Part shown: positions 1-14,800 of the stretch, one piece after another
How positions within the stretch are numbered: the stretch's first letter is position 1
Layout: every line of letters begins with the position of its first letter
Source of the DNA: Antedon mediterranea
Taxonomy: Eukaryota; Animalia; Echinodermata
Assembly: GCF_964355755.1 (NCBI RefSeq)
Contig: NC_092673.1
Coordinates: 496,001-560,000 of the forward strand
Direction of reading: 5' to 3'
DNA: 64,000 nucleotides
Position numbers and translations under genes: made by a program
The notes under the pieces: generated by a model
The model's input: the letters and a program-made list of their open reading frames with translations, nothing else
The model's database searches: none
Told to the model about the DNA's origin: nothing

Positions 1-2552
1 CTAAGATTGTGGAATTCTTACTTAAGTCCATGTTAAGCTCTTTTGACTTTTATATAGCATTGATCATAAGTTGCGAACATAAATCATACTAGGTTTGGTA
101 GTGAAAGTCTCACAGATCACAGTCACAGTTATTTTGTTTTAATTTTAAAATGGCAACTGTTTAACATTATTGTTGTAATATAAGTCTCCTCTTTGTTACC
201 ATTTTAGGTTGTTTAGTTAATAAGCAATAAACAATAGTACAAATATACTTGATTGGTTAAAGGTGGAATAGTTGGTTGAATAATGATCAATTTTATGAAA
301 CTCAATCCTACTAAAATGTTACGTTATCATATTGAAGGAATAAACATGGCAAAACATTACCAACTAAATATGGAGTTGTTACCATTTGTAAATTTTTCTG
401 TGGCAATCCAATATCTAGGAAAAGAAATTAGTTGCCAGCCCACCAATTAATGTTTGTATTGGCAGATAATCAGCTAGTATGTAATGTAATTGAAATACTG
501 CAAAGTGAAAGATTCTGGTTTCAAATCTGTGACATCGCCAACGAGTTGAGTAAATATATCGCGGCAAACATGAAGTTAAAAACAAAATCTGTTCTGAACC
601 AATTAAGGGAACTAATTTACAACTTAGTAAGCCAACCTAAAATCAAATTCATTTTGTAGTTCTTGAAATTCAAATTTATTTCTGAAGGTTTCATTTCATA
701 TAATGTTTAAGTGTCAATTAATTGGTAGGAAATTTATTGGAATGAGCAAGAGCAGGTGGCCTGTTAGATACTAATGGGTACGAATTCTGTCTCCACAGGT
801 GCCCTCCTTTCACTAAGACATTTTTAAAGCATAAACTTTTGACTGGCAGTTACTGTCTTGTTTGACAGTAGTATAATCTTAATGTATTTGAGACGTCTGT
901 GAGTTACAGCAATTGAGAAGTATAGACATACTATACTATATAAAAAAATTTACAAACTTCACTATCTTTCTTTATTTATAGAACTTAATTTGAAATTAGT
1001 TAAATTTTAAGGGATTTCCTAGAAAGGAAAGGACCAATGTATACTGTATGTAGAATAGAATGCAAACTAATGGTAAACCAGTGGGAATTAATTGATTGAT
1101 AATTGACATTGCGGAAGTAGTATAAATATTGTTCTAAATTTCTATATTTTACTATTAATTTAAAACAGTCAAAAGTTTAAACATTTATTGGTGTAGATTT
1201 TGGTTATAGTATTTGACATAAAAGCAAAAAGATTATATACGAAATGAGAGTACACTGGATACAAGTTGAAATCAATAATTTTGAAAAGGATGATTGATAA
1301 ATTTTCCATTATATTTAGTTTGTGACTACTACATGAGCTTTGATACGTATGCCCTTGTTTTAATGTAGAAGTAAGGTCAACATTGTAAAAAACTGTAAAA
1401 CCAATCATTCATAATCTCTTGCATTTATCTTACTTAATAAGATATTCAACTGGTTTATTGCATGTAATTGAAATGTCGGAAGTTGGAACAAAACACAAAA
1501 CATGTTTCATTAATTTACAGGTGGATCAAGAATGAATAGCAGTGTCTACATTGGCAAATCAAACAAGGTTGTGTTAATTGACTGACATTTTAATTGACAA
1601 ACTAATTGAAACATTGTACTACTGTTATTACATCATAAGATTTACTCTTGGAAATCTGTAAAATGAAGGCTGAATAATGATGAGTGAAGTATCTGATGCC
1701 AAGATTATTAAATACGGTAAAACTTAAGTGAAATGGACACAACTTTAGAACCCAATAAAGTGTCTCTTAAATAGAGGTCGTAGGTAGTGCAGTGCATTTC
1801 CTCTTGTCGATTCATAGGAAAATGTCCCCTTAATAGGGGTCCATTGAATGCCCCAATGGAGGGGTTTACACTGTATGTTGAAACATGTTTGTATAACAGG
1901 GTTATTAATAAATTGTATGAAGAAATGTGCTTTTTTAATACAGGCATAATATGGTACTAAATGTCAAAAATTTCTAATCAGCAATTTACAATGCTGACAC
2001 TATGGGGAATGCTAAACAAATATTGCTCATCATAAATTAAAAATAAATGCAAAGTCATCAGTTTATGGGGTAGTCATCTGTACCTATCAACAAGTGTCGA
2101 AAAAAGAACAAAAATGGGTTAATCACTGTGTCGGAAAACCTCATAAATCCTTGATTTTATTAATTTTTATTGTACTCCAAGTTTGTCCTGATATTCTAAT
2201 TCATATAAGTTCAAAAGGAGCATCATCATAGGATCTTAAAATTTTAATTTTTGACATAAATTGGAATACTTCCAACTTTACTTCTTTAGTAAGTGTGGTA
2301 CAATTTGCACTGTCATCATATTGTGACATCTTCATTCTAAAATGATATTTTTAAACTTCAGATGATCAGGGTGTTATCTATAACAGTTTATTTTCAGCTA
2401 GATATATCAAACCAATAATTCAAAACAACAAAACTTTAAAATAGGCCTTTTCTCTCCTTGATTTCTTTCCCAAAATGCCCATTATGTACAAGTGGCTAGC
2501 AAAGGTAAAGTAATAATATGTTAAAGCAAATAGTGGTACAGTCAACAACTAA

Positions 2553-2718
2553 AGCTCTGTCTACACTATCAAAATAGTTTGACAAACAAAAGTGTGATGT
2601 GCCCAAGTTTTGTAGTAATATGCCCAAAGATGGTGGTGATATGACATCATTATGTCCATACGTACATGGGCACATCACATTTTGTTGTCACACAAACTTT
2701 GATAGTGTAGACAAGGCT
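2553..2718. mobile_element. MITE family A (Harbinger-like non-autonomous element)
   Basis: TIRs AGCTCTGTCTACACTATCAAA ... TTTGATAGTGTAGACAAGGCT, inner GTGATGTGCCCA/TGGGCACATCAC inverted repeat, TAA/TTA flanks; 7 copies in the window. Confidence 0.85.
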
Positions 2719-2753
2719 TTAGTATGTAAATTAACAAAACACACAAGCATTAC

Positions 2754-2811
2754 CTCCTTTTCTAACAATCAATTATAGCAATCCTCTGTCTACAAGTTAC
2801 CTCTTCAATGC
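2754..2811 (-). other. Candidate non-coding exon of a minus-strand gene
   Basis: Minus strand: acceptor gattttcttttccag, 58 nt, donor GAG|GTAATG. An inner donor GAG|GTAACT would give an 11-nt exon (2801-2811). No ATG; stops in all frames. Confidence 0.4.
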
Positions 2812-5745
2812 CTGGAAAAGAAAATCAATAAGTTAAGTCTTTTAAATGAATGAAAAAAATCTAATTAATGATCTTGAACGTGTTTATCCATGAAATCAAA
2901 CAACTACTGCCATTTCTAGTAGAGCCTTCACAGATTAATGGCCTTAAACAAACCCAAATGATTGCAAAGATTAAATAAGTAAGCGGTGTTCTTTCATCTT
3001 AAGAAACTTCAATGATGGTTTTGTTATTTAGCAGACAAATCCTTGGGGAGAGCAAACCCTCACTAATATTGATCAGGTATTGATTATATATAATTTAATA
3101 GCACTGTCTTCTTTTAACAGTTAATTCAGATAATGATGAAACATAATTGTAAATAAGATAAAAAGGGAAGGTACAAGGAAAATGGAACAAAAGACCTTGA
3201 TTTGAGTAAAAATCTTGTTACAAATCAATTTGTTTAATTAACTTAAGAAAAATTTTATTTTAGTATGTATATCATAGTAATTGGAGGAGGTAGTACTGTA
3301 CCTTTAAATATTGGATTCTCAGAAAATTAATTTACTTATAATTATATCGTCAAAATAAATAGGTGTTGTTGGGTCAATAACAAGTAAACCTACTAACAGT
3401 AACAGGAGCTATATGAAAATAGTGATTGCTAACAAATTGAGCAAAATACAGAATTACGTAAATAAACTACACATCTACATAATAGTTTGACAAATGGTAA
3501 CATATGTTGATACAGAATACACACAGCATATGACAGCACACAGATTGCAAAGATCTGTAACAGATCAGCCATTGATTAACTGTCATTATCAATAGCATTG
3601 TCAAAGACGTAATCATTTCCTCTTTGGAATTGGTAGCAATAATAAGGATTTAATTTTACGGTAATTGTTTCTTTTATTGGCAAGAAGCTGTTTCTTGTGA
3701 ATTGAAATTAAGCTTTTCGTAATACGATGAGTGAGAATATAATCGTGCCGGCAGAGGAGTGAAAGGGCGTGCAGGATTAAGACTGGATACATAGGGAGTT
3801 GCATTCAGTAAACCAGTTCAATGTTTTAAGTACGTCTATTGTCTGTGGAATTGGTGTATAATTAGATTGCTTTGATGGTGCTTAGTACCAATAATAACCA
3901 ATGATCCTGTTGGTTTACTCTGTGTTTTTCTCAAGTATAGACTTACATAAGAATAAACTTAAGAGGATCTATGTACAGTGGTGGATGTAATTGGAATTAA
4001 GTAAGAAAAATAAAAGTAGGCCTATCATAATTAAAGAGGTGCAGAGATGAGGCCTCAATGGAGAATCCATTCCCCTTAGAAGGAACAAATAACATGCTTT
4101 GTTGTTCTCGCTATATAATAAAAGAGTAGCGTGTAGTAGTGGTATAGTTCCACTCATTTCTACCCATAGAAGGTTATTCACAGATAACTGAACTTTAAAG
4201 TTAATTTGTAGAAATACCTCTAATTTCTAGTTAAAACCAACAGAAAAAACCAAAAAGTGCTTAATGCAAACATACGATAATTAAACATGTCAATTAAACC
4301 ACAATTAAACAGTTCAACACCTCTCACTGATGAAAACAATGTTTATGATGTTTGTCTACGGTCATCAATTAAATGCAAGTCCATTCTGTGGCTGCGAAAA
4401 TATTCAAAATATCTGAATTTCCAGAAATAAAGACCATCTGACCTGGATTTGTAGATAACAGATAAAATTGATGTTTTAATTGTATTCAGAAGTGGACATT
4501 AAACATGCATTCAATAGAGAACGTTAAAAAGTACAACATTAGTATCCAGTATAACATCTCCTTTAGCACCTCTACTATGAGGATACATACCTGCGAAACA
4601 AATGAAGAGAAATGCACAGAAATTTGTTTTATGCCAATGCCTATTCAGAGAACACTCATATTAAACAGGTTTTACTGTATAATAATTACAGATATTAATA
4701 TATTTTAAAATAAATAAATTTGAACTTCAATCTTATCATTTCAAGATATATCTTAGTCATAAATTCTGAATCATATATTCGTTGTTCATAAAAAGCTAGC
4801 AAGATCATAGGCTTATCCAAGATTGCTGACTGACCGGTCATGCATGCAGGACCAAAATCTTTTCTAGAGGTAGTTGACTTCTGACCAAACAACTGGGCTT
4901 CAATCTCAAGGGGCGTGGCTAGGGGCTTGAGCTAAATTGATAACCTAATATCATATCTAGCCTGGTGCATGTGCCTCCCTGGTGGCAGTCAGATACCTGG
5001 TGTAGAGAGAGTCACCAATTTCAACTACAGAAAATGAAACTAATCCAGCAAACAAATGCTTGTGTATTTAATATTATATCAATTATTCCAATTCTCATGA
5101 TCGTGTTTGACAGGTTAAAACCCAATGATAAAGGTCTTCAGATTTCTTTTGCTTTAAAGTTATTTAACAGTGAAATAAAGCAAATTTATATCAACCATGC
5201 CAAATCAAATAAACTCTGACTGAGACAATAACAGAGACAATTGCTGCAGTAACTTTTCAATATAAACAGTAACAATATTACCAATGATACTAACAAAAGT
5301 GAACCTTTAAATAAGAGACACTTTAAGTGAAAACTTAAGATACCTCTTCAAGTGAAGATCAGAACAATGGTTGGATTGTCATAGTCTTTGGAGTAAACAT
5401 TTCCTAGACTTTGTATCAACTTTGAGTGGGGTCTTTAGTCCCAAGTGTGGACATAACGCCACATAAGCCTATTGTTAAAGTATATCCTTATTTGATTAAG
5501 TCAAAAGGAATGATAGAAGGTTCTATAGATTGGATATCTTTTCATATCAAACTTAGAATGCAAACTATTCTCTTTGGTGACTGTCAAAGTATTCAACTAG
5601 ATTATTGTATCTATATGCTTGTATTATTGGATAGTGTGGATATAAGAACCAACTTTATTTAAGTTGGCTTTGAGGAGAATTACATAAAGTACAAAAACAT
5701 AAGAAATTTTTATTTAAAATGGTAACATTAGAGATCCATTAAATT

Positions 5746-5893
5746 CAACTAGCACTTTCCGACTCGCAACTCACACTTTCCGACTTGCAACACACACTTT
5801 CCAAATCCCAACTCGCATTTTCAGATCCACAACTTGCATTTTCTGACTCGCAACTCGCATATTTCAACTCGCATTTTCTGACTTGCAATTCGT
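5746..5893. repeat. Degenerate 21-bp tandem repeat, ~7 copies
   Basis: Unit CAACTCGCA(C/T)TTTC(C/T)GACTCG, built from 7-bp subunits. Confidence 0.8.
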
Positions 5894-6767
5894 AGAAAAG
5901 AAATCCTCATTGTGTAAAGACATCATCACATAATATGGACATATTTTTGTAACCAAATTGCAGAAAATTTAGAAACCAGACAACATTCCTTCTGTTACAG
6001 AAATCTAAAACTAGACAAAAAACATTTGATATTACAAAATTTGATAAACATTGTTTGCATTACAATTAAAGATGTCTGAAGTAGGCCCCATTAGATTTAT
6101 CTATATTTCAAGAAGACAGTCTTGAAGCATAGTACAGTAAACTAAATGACACATAAACATAAATGGTTGAACAGGTGTAGAAATCCATATTGCTCTGAAT
6201 GATAACCTTTTATGCTTAAATTCTTTTACATACTTCATAAATTAATGAGACATTATAATTCATTATAGGAAAAAAGTAAACAGCAATTCCTCTGAAGAAC
6301 ATTGACACTCAGTACATTTATTTATTCATTTATTTATTTCACAACACAACAATAATTTATGAGGGTAGTCCATACAGCAAAGACTATAGGGCATATTCTC
6401 CAGCATATTCTAGAAAAGACAATAAAATTAAGAACAGGGCACATATAAATAATCACACTTAACAAAAACTATAAAATAATATTGATCCTAGTTTTTGCCA
6501 AAATATATTACATGGTTTTATATCGATGCTAAAAATAGGTAGGCCTAAATATCGTTTAACATTTTTTTGTAGCCCTTAATAGAAGATTTCAACAGGAAGA
6601 TTATTTTCTCCAATAGAAATCCCTATGGACTGAGTCAATGTGGACAGAAGCAATTGTGGCTTGGCCACTAAATAGAACTACAGCCCAAAGGAAACGGACG
6701 ACACACGTGACTACTGCAGTCTGTCCAAGCTGTACACGTCACAAAAGGCAATGTAGACAAAGTCTAC

Positions 6768-6902
6768 AGCTCTGTCTACTCTATCAAACTTGATGTGACA
6801 AAAAATATGATGGGCCCATATATGGACATGATGATGTCATATCACTACCATATTTGGATACATCACACTTTTTGTTGTTAGTTTGATAGTGTAGACAGGG
6901 CT
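6768..6902. mobile_element. MITE family A copy
   Basis: Same TIRs and core as 2553-2718, in the opposite orientation. Confidence 0.85.
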
Positions 6903-7259
6903 TAGGTACTGTAGGTCGTATCTCCATATAGTACATTCAAGAGTCATCATACCTTCTGTACTATCTTTGTATGAATTGTCAAACCTAAACCCTTCTCACT
7001 AATATCTTTATGATTGATATTTATATACTGTAGATAGAAAGACGTCTCTGTGAAAAGATAATTTTGTAAGTGTTTGTTTATTCAATATATTTCTTATCTG
7101 TACATTCCTACACCTGTTGTTTCTCAGGTAAAGTATAGAGTTCATTCAATTTATTACTCGTTGCCAAACTTAACCGATAATACCCGGCTGTGAGTTTGCT
7201 TCGGTTTAGTCAAACGGTTAAAGAAGGCGCAAAGATTTTTAATTGTATAGCAAATAGAA

Positions 7260-7405
7260 CAGGGGCAGATTCAAGGGGGCCCAGTCAGCATGGGCCTCTT
7301 CTAAATTTCCTTGTTTTGTAATGCAAAAGATGAGGCATAAATAAGTCAATTTTAGCACTTCATTTCATTACTTATAGGCCCTGGAAAATCCTGGATCCGC
7401 CACTG
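7260..7405. mobile_element. Short hAT-like MITE
   Basis: CAGGGGCAGATTCAAG ... CTGGATCCGCCACTG imperfect TIRs; TAGAA on both flanks. Confidence 0.6.
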
Positions 7406-7920
7406 TAGAATATAATCATCATTAGTCAAAAATAATATTGTTGAATCACAATATCTGTCAAATTGTAATAGAATAATTGTATCTTTATCTAGTCTGATGA
7501 CTAGGTCTAACAGTCATGTTAGGATATGCTGCGACATTTGTATGGGTGTGGCCTAAGATTATACTAAAAACTATAATCTTAAAGTTAAGTCTTGTGGGGA
7601 CATGTTTCAGCTCAACTTTTAAATTTTCCTTCTTTGAGCCGGAAATCTTACGACATGTTAATACCTGAATTGAACCTTGATTCATCTGATTAACAATGAT
7701 TTGATAATAAAAGTGATTTAAACTTCTTTTTTTTTCCCAATAAAATTACAAACAAAACATTTTTAGCTAAGAACAAACTCGATCAAACGTCATTTGTAGG
7801 AAATTCATTTTAGGTTAGCCATCGCAAATGACATGACCAGGAAAATAAAACTGTGATGTTTTGTGAAATATATCAAAATTGAATGAATTCGTAGTTCTTT
7901 TTTAAAAACCAAAAATTAGC

Positions 7921-8080
7921 AAAACTAGCCTGCTAGACAGTTTAACTACAGTAACTCATGGATATTATCTTAGGGGTTGGTACTTGACAAGTTCTTTTAA
8001 ACTAGCCTGCTAACTAGACAGTTTAACTACAGTAACTCATGGATATTATCTTAGGGGTTGGTACTTGACAAGTTCTTTTA
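7921..8080. repeat. ~78-bp tandem duplication
   Basis: AAACTAGCCTGCT...GTACTTGACAAGTTCTTTTA occurs twice. Confidence 0.9.
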
Positions 8081-9480
8081 CTTTTTTTTCTGATCCTAGA
8101 AAGAGTTCTTATGTAATGTTACCATTTAAGTTATTGCTGTATGCTGCTTTTATTTCTTGAACTGTTTCTAAATAAATGTTGAATGTTGTTGATATTAAAA
8201 ACTAGATGAACATTTTTAATCATATATCAGAATATAGGTTATAAATGATACCGTACATAAAATTAAAATAATCTTTATACTGACCAACGAAATTTATTTT
8301 CATAAGACAGAATTAAGATACTTCTAACAGGTTTAAAGGGAGTTTATCTTACTGGAAATAAGTCATCCACAATTTACCTTAGAATTACTTATATTGAGGC
8401 ATAAATAAGTCAATACATCAATCAACCCATCAATCAATCTCTCCCTGTCACTGACACAGGCAATCCCTGAAAATTAAGAATTATATCTTCTTCTAGCAAA
8501 CCATTAAAAAAAATGTTAATATTAAAGATAAAGCATGATTCACTAATCAACTTTGTTTACAAAAACTGGTCTAAGCAAAGAAATGCATCATCATCAGGTA
8601 TAATAATCAATGGCATATAATAATTAGTAACTTTTATAAAGCGCTGATTACTGATGTCTCACAGCGCTAAAAGACTAGAAGGATTATTGAAAAATGTGAT
8701 TTAAGAGATTTCAGACTGGAATTGCTTAAAATTGCAAAAAAAAAACCTTTGTAGTAAGATTTAAGGTGTCTTTTTGGAATGGAAAACAAGAGGGTCCAGT
8801 TCAGTTGACATGAAATGATATTAAATCCTCCTGTAGAAAGGTTTGCAGGCACAGACCAAGAAATTAATTGTTAAACTAGAGTGGATATTTTGTAGATGTT
8901 ACACTGTAAAGCAATATACATTTTAATTGTAGTTGTGCATGTACATTTATATGAAGAACTACTGATACTGACTGGTAACAAAGATCTAAAGCTTTCCTAC
9001 ACTAAAATACATCATGATTTTCATTGTTTGAATTACCTATACTTTTAATAGACATATGTTTTAGGTTCACAGAAATCGAAAGCATCCTAAATTGTAACAC
9101 AATAACTGTCATCAAAACGTGTAGTTTTTGTGACACATTAGCTAACTTAATCCTATTTGCGGAAAGTATGTGGAGTATAATTATTAGCCATGTAAATTCA
9201 CCCCATATGCCTGCCAAAGAGGTTAATTGAGGAGGAGCTCAAACATATATTATGTCCATAACAAACAAATTACCTGCACTTTCTTCAAAAAATGCCAAAA
9301 AAGGTGTCTAAATACAGCACTTTACACACAAATCAAATAATCATTTATTTTTTTCATTTTAAAATTTAAAAAAAATAATACAGTACATTATAAATTAGTG
9401 TTGATATCGCAGACTCATACAATACCACCCCCTAAATTAGGCTAAATTCAGATTAATCCATTTTAAAGCAATCCAAGTAT

Positions 9481-11075
9481 AACTAGACATGTAACTCGTC
9501 ACTTTGACGAGTTTGGTTATCCGCCGCGCAAGTGGTGCAACATTAACATTAAGGGGATAGGTTGAGGACAAAAGGAAGTGTTCACGTTGGCATTATGACC
9601 TGAACTGAAGAATATGATATGTTGTTATTGCTGAATTTTATTATTTAAATTCATATATAGTATACACAGTATAATCTGTATCCATATCACATACAGTGTA
9701 GAATAGGTGAAATTACGGGACCCGCTATTTATTGCAATTTTTTAACATGTTGAAGGTTTTAAAATGAAACGCGAAGGTAGCAATTCCGAAAGGAAATTAT
9801 CTCAGCAACAACGTATTAGCGTGTAGAAGAAATTTGAATACGTGAAATATTGATGCGCGCTCTTTTAAATGTAATGAATTATGACGCAAAAGATGAAAAT
9901 ACGACCTTTTTTATTTAACTGGCCATATGATGACGTCACAACATCCGATTGGCAACATTTTTACATAATTTCGTATCTACAATCCAATAGCTTCCAGAAA
10001 AAGTTGTAATCGTGATTATCACATTTTATTCTTACGAGCTATAACAGATTAAAATTAACTGTAAAGATGAAATTAATGCCACACGTGATTTAAATTTTTA
10101 GGCATGATGACGTCAAAAAAATTAAAATATTTTTAACTCATGCGAAAGACAGTTGATTGACCTAGACAATATCAAAATCGGGGTTAAAATGGAAAACGGA
10201 TAAGTGGAGATGCGCTCTATTCAATGTGATGAGCTATGACGAAAGATACAAAAATCCTAAATTTTATGTTCGCGTGGCCATACGATGACATCACAATGTC
10301 CAGTTAGCCATATTAATACCTGATCAGATATCTAAAACTCATCTACTTCCAGAATATGTCATCCACAAAAATTTGACCGTCTAGTTTAGAAATTACGACT
10401 GTTTAAAAAAAGACATATTTTAAACAAATTTTTTAACCTTTTCATAAAAAACGCGCGCAAATTGTCCAATTGGACGTGCTCGTATGACGTATCTTTATGT
10501 CGAAATTGTTTAAAATTTGGTAAAATTACTAGAAAAGGCTGGAAAAACATAAATCACGCGAAAAAAATACGTTTTCAATGCTACGTGCGCACCGCACACG
10601 TAAAAATGTGCGCACGCGTGGGAATGTTTTACATGCTTAAAACGACATGAAACGCGTAGAAAGTTGATTAGAAATTAATTTTGCGCATTTTGAAATTTCA
10701 AATGCGCGTGCGCACGTAACTTTGTGTAAAACACGCAATTTTTTTTCAACAGACAGTTAGCGCATGATATAAATTAAACTTTTGCAAAGTTTCACTTTAA
10801 AATGTTATTTGGTTTTCGACATATGTTAAATACGAGAAAATCGTTAAATCGCGCGTATGTCGCGTTGCGCAATTGTAAACATCATGAAAAGCTTCGCTTG
10901 ACGACGTTACGTGAATGTCAAAATGTTAACATAGTTAACAAAATGTTATGTTTGCAAGTTTTAGAGAAAAGCGTTACACAAAAATCATACAGAAAGAAAG
11001 AAGATGACAAAAAAGATGATGATGATTTCGTACAATCACAAGAGGTTATCCTGCAACTTCGTTGCGGATAACCAA
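9481..11075 (-). mobile_element. Helentron-associated non-autonomous element (HINE/DINE-1-like), ~1.6 kb
   Basis: Minus strand: 5' subterminal IR GGTTATCCGC with an adjacent hairpin, a TCA/TCT microsatellite, 3' subterminal IR GCGGATAACC, stem-loop AACTCGTCA-AAG-TGACGAGTT, terminal CTAGTT. CpG-rich relative to the flanks. Confidence 0.8.
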
Positions 11076-12689
11076 TTTCCCAAATTTTCATATCTAAGCT
11101 TTCGAATCCTGGAACTATACAAATACAAATACAATTGGTTTTTAGTATTCTGTTTTTTTTGCACAATTTCTTTTTAAATTCGTGTTTTGTTCCAAAGCGC
11201 TACCTAACTTAATTTAGTTATTTAAAAGTGAAATTCTATAGAGAGTTTGTAAAGTCATAAGGTTACGAATATGTAGGTTACATAATTGCAGCCATAGACT
11301 AAAAAAAGTTGGTCATTATTTAATATAAACAAACACAATAAGCCTATACAAAAAACAAAATTTTAATTTGTTTTGCTTTAACTAATCTCCCAGAGAGAAG
11401 AATGGAGGAAAATGTTTGGCACTAACACTATATAAACCTGAGTACATTTCAGAATTTTCTTGACTACAAAAGCAATATCAAAACACAAAATAAGGCATTA
11501 TTTAAACGACGGCCTACAGTATGATGATTTTGCAACGAACTGTAATATTTCTGGACACAATGAATCAGCGTTATTAACATTATTTCTTAGACATGCAATG
11601 ATTCAAGTAGCATTACTATTAACTGTCTAAAGGGACACTGAAATCATTCACCAAGTGACTTATACCAAATACAAGTTACCAAAGAAACGAGTCACTCCAA
11701 CTGGGAGTTAATCTCACAATCAGTTCTTTTAACTCTTTAACTTAATAAAGCATTAGACAGACAGATGTATACTTTTTATTTTAAATTACTTCATTTGTCT
11801 ATGGAATCAACAGTCTAACGAAGCTTACTGTAGCATGCCTAAGTACTACGACATCCCATAATGCATTTAGAAACGAGCACTCCTGAGAGTTAAATAATAA
11901 GTACGACAGTCAGGAATAACTACATACTATCAAAGTCTCCTTATCATCAGGTGCATCTGTGATTGCTGTCGTTAACTCGCTAACCCATTATCATGAAATT
12001 CATTCTTGGTCATAATTTATTTGCCTTATTGAATTTGCCAATGCTATACACATTCCCTGGATATTACCTCTGCTTATTGAACAAAATTGCAATAATTATT
12101 TGAGTTGAGTGTAAAAGCACATACAGTAGTCTATGACGGGCCTTGACATTTGTCTACACTATTCATGAAAAGTGCGATAGAAAAATAGATCCACATTACA
12201 CAAGTTTTAATTTATTTTATGTTAATATGATCATGTTCCCAGACGTGCTGTTGGTATTCAAGAATGTTCATGTTTTATACAAATTTTATAAAAAACAAAA
12301 ACATTTAGTGAAAAAGATCTCAAGTTAAAGTGCCCAAGACAAAATACCGTAATAATGTACCATATTAGTTTTTTGTTTTTTTTTTGGTACAAAATGAGCA
12401 AAAAAGAGCAATAACAGTGTCGTATCATATCGTACTTAGACCACACACAATGAACTACCGTAAGTCAAAACAATAATTTGAGGTTTTCCATAGAAACGAA
12501 GGTGTCACAAAATCACTTCTCATAAATTTTAAAACCAACAATCAGTTTTATTGGAAAAACAGTTTAATTAGCTTTGTTCTACTTTCCTTTTTCAAGCTTG
12601 CTTTTGGGAGGTTCTTTAATAAACTTCCAAAAAAAAATAAGTAGTTGTCGGACAGGATCACAAAAATATGAATTAATTAAAGCTATCTA

Positions 12690-12830
12690 AGCTCTGCCTA
12701 CACGATCAAATTTTATGTGACAAAAAAAATGTGATGTGCCCATATATGGACATGATGATGTCATATCACTACCATATTTAGGCACATCACACTTTTTTTG
12801 GCAAAGTAATTTGATAGTGTAGACAGAGCT
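12690..12830. mobile_element. MITE family A copy
   Basis: AGCTCTGCCTACACGATCAAA ... TTTGATAGTGTAGACAGAGCT with the family core. Confidence 0.85.
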
Positions 12831-13763
12831 TAATGAATTTGTATGATTATGTATATCAAAACCTATCCATACAAATAAAAAAACACTGGAGCAATTATGA
12901 AATCATAACAAAAGTTAAATAAAGTAAAAAATAAATGTACATACATCATTTTAAGAATGATGCTTTGTTCCAATTTTGCAAGACAACTTAATGCATGCAA
13001 TTAGTATCAATACAACTGAAGAGTTTGTGTTTATGAAAAACACCTTACTGTAGTCTGTGTAGAAGTGAAAGTTGTCATCTAAATACTCAATTTGGTTCAT
13101 GATGAAGTGACTTGTTTTGTTGTTACATTTTTATTTAATTCAAAAGCACAATAATTTTAAATTTATCATTTTGTGGTAGGCCTAAATTATTAATTGCGAT
13201 GATAATATTTTTTTGTAAATGGAAATGATCACTTTAACTTAAGGAGCGAAATAAATGGGGAAAAAACAGGTACTGTAAAAACGAAAGACATTAATTGGGC
13301 TTAAACATATTTCATTCCAAGCTTAACTAATAACATAAAACATGTGTTTAAAGACTTAAAACATTTCTGATTAATCTATAGATCAACCTGTTACATTAAA
13401 ACATGATTCATACTCAAACCGTCTACAAACCTATGTCAATTTTTAAACATGTTGGATATTTAAATATTTCTTTCATATTTCTTCTACAAATTGTTTTCCT
13501 TATTTTCTAAAAAGTACTCCATGTCTACTAAAACGTGGGTTTGTATTGCAAACTTAGGTAAGGTTTAGTTCACACCAATGGAATTAAAGTCAACTTATAA
13601 AAGACCAGAGAAAAAATGAAAGTCTCAGGCACTGGACAACACTTATCGTTACAACATCCTTCAGTACGCTTTTTGTTGTCATCAACATTTGATTGGATAG
13701 AATGAATAATACATGAAGTATACTATTACGAAACTATTAATTATGGTTTAGAAATGGAAGACT

Positions 13764-14053
13764 ACACACAAGAATACACTAGAATACTCAGCGTCATACA
13801 CACACAAGAATACACTAGAATACTCAGCGTCATACACACACAAGAATACACTAGAATACTCAGCGTCATACACACACAAGAATACACTAGAATACTCAGC
13901 GTCATACACACACAAGAATACACTAGAATACTCAGCGTCATACACACACAAGAATACACTAGAATACTCAGCGTCATACACACACAAGAATACACTAGAA
14001 TACTCAGCGTCATACACACACAAGAATACACTAGAATACTCAGCGTCATACAC
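13764..14053. repeat. 36-bp minisatellite, 8 perfect copies
   Basis: Unit ACACACAAGAATACACTAGAATACTCAGCGTCATAC. Confidence 0.97.
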
Positions 14054-14800
14054 TAAAACATTGGTATGAACACAGGGTCTAAGATCAGTGATCAACATAT
14101 AAACACACATATTAAAAAGAAAGTTATGTTACTTTTAATGTTGCAATAATGGCTACAATATCTATCTCCTAAGGTTCTTTATCTTGTATGAAAATAATAA
14201 ATATTTAAGATCTTGTGAACAGTATATTGGTATGAAGTAGTTTAAATCACTAATAAACATGTCTATAGATAATTACATCAAATACTAAAATGAACTGATA
14301 GACAGAATAATTAATTATCGTTGATTCATTAAGACGGCTATGTGTTTCAATAATTAGATTTGTACTACAATCAACTTTAATAGGATAACAAAATGTGAGA
14401 CTATTAATATTGGTGGATGAAGAATTGGTTTGATGTCACTTTAACATTAATTGTTAAAAGTATTTAGTATTTACTAGATAAATATTAATTGATTTTTACT
14501 TGTTTTTTTATGCCATATAGTTTATTTTTGTTAAACTTACTCTTTTTTGGACATTGTGTTTTTTGTAACTTTGTTTTTAATTTCATGTACCAGCCTATAT
14601 TATTTCTGCAATTCAGCTCTTTGGCCTGTAATAGTCATTTCATTTATTTGTTTTTATTTATTTATATTTAGAAAAAATATAAACCAAGTAGTTGATAATC
14701 AGAAGTTTGTTTGTAAACAGCATGTGGACAAAATAATATTGGTTACATAAAACATTGAGTGGCAGCAAATATTGGGGTTGTCATGCACACCTTGAAAACA

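Noticed and set aside
432-12446. Numerous 60-90-aa ORFs in the track
   Set aside because: AT-rich random composition, often non-ATG starts, no domain or phase-consistent splice partners; some lie inside transposon copies.
13748-14110. Three overlapping ORFs with 12-aa repeats
   Set aside because: By-products of a perfect 36-bp minisatellite; open on both strands, no synonymous variation, no splice context.
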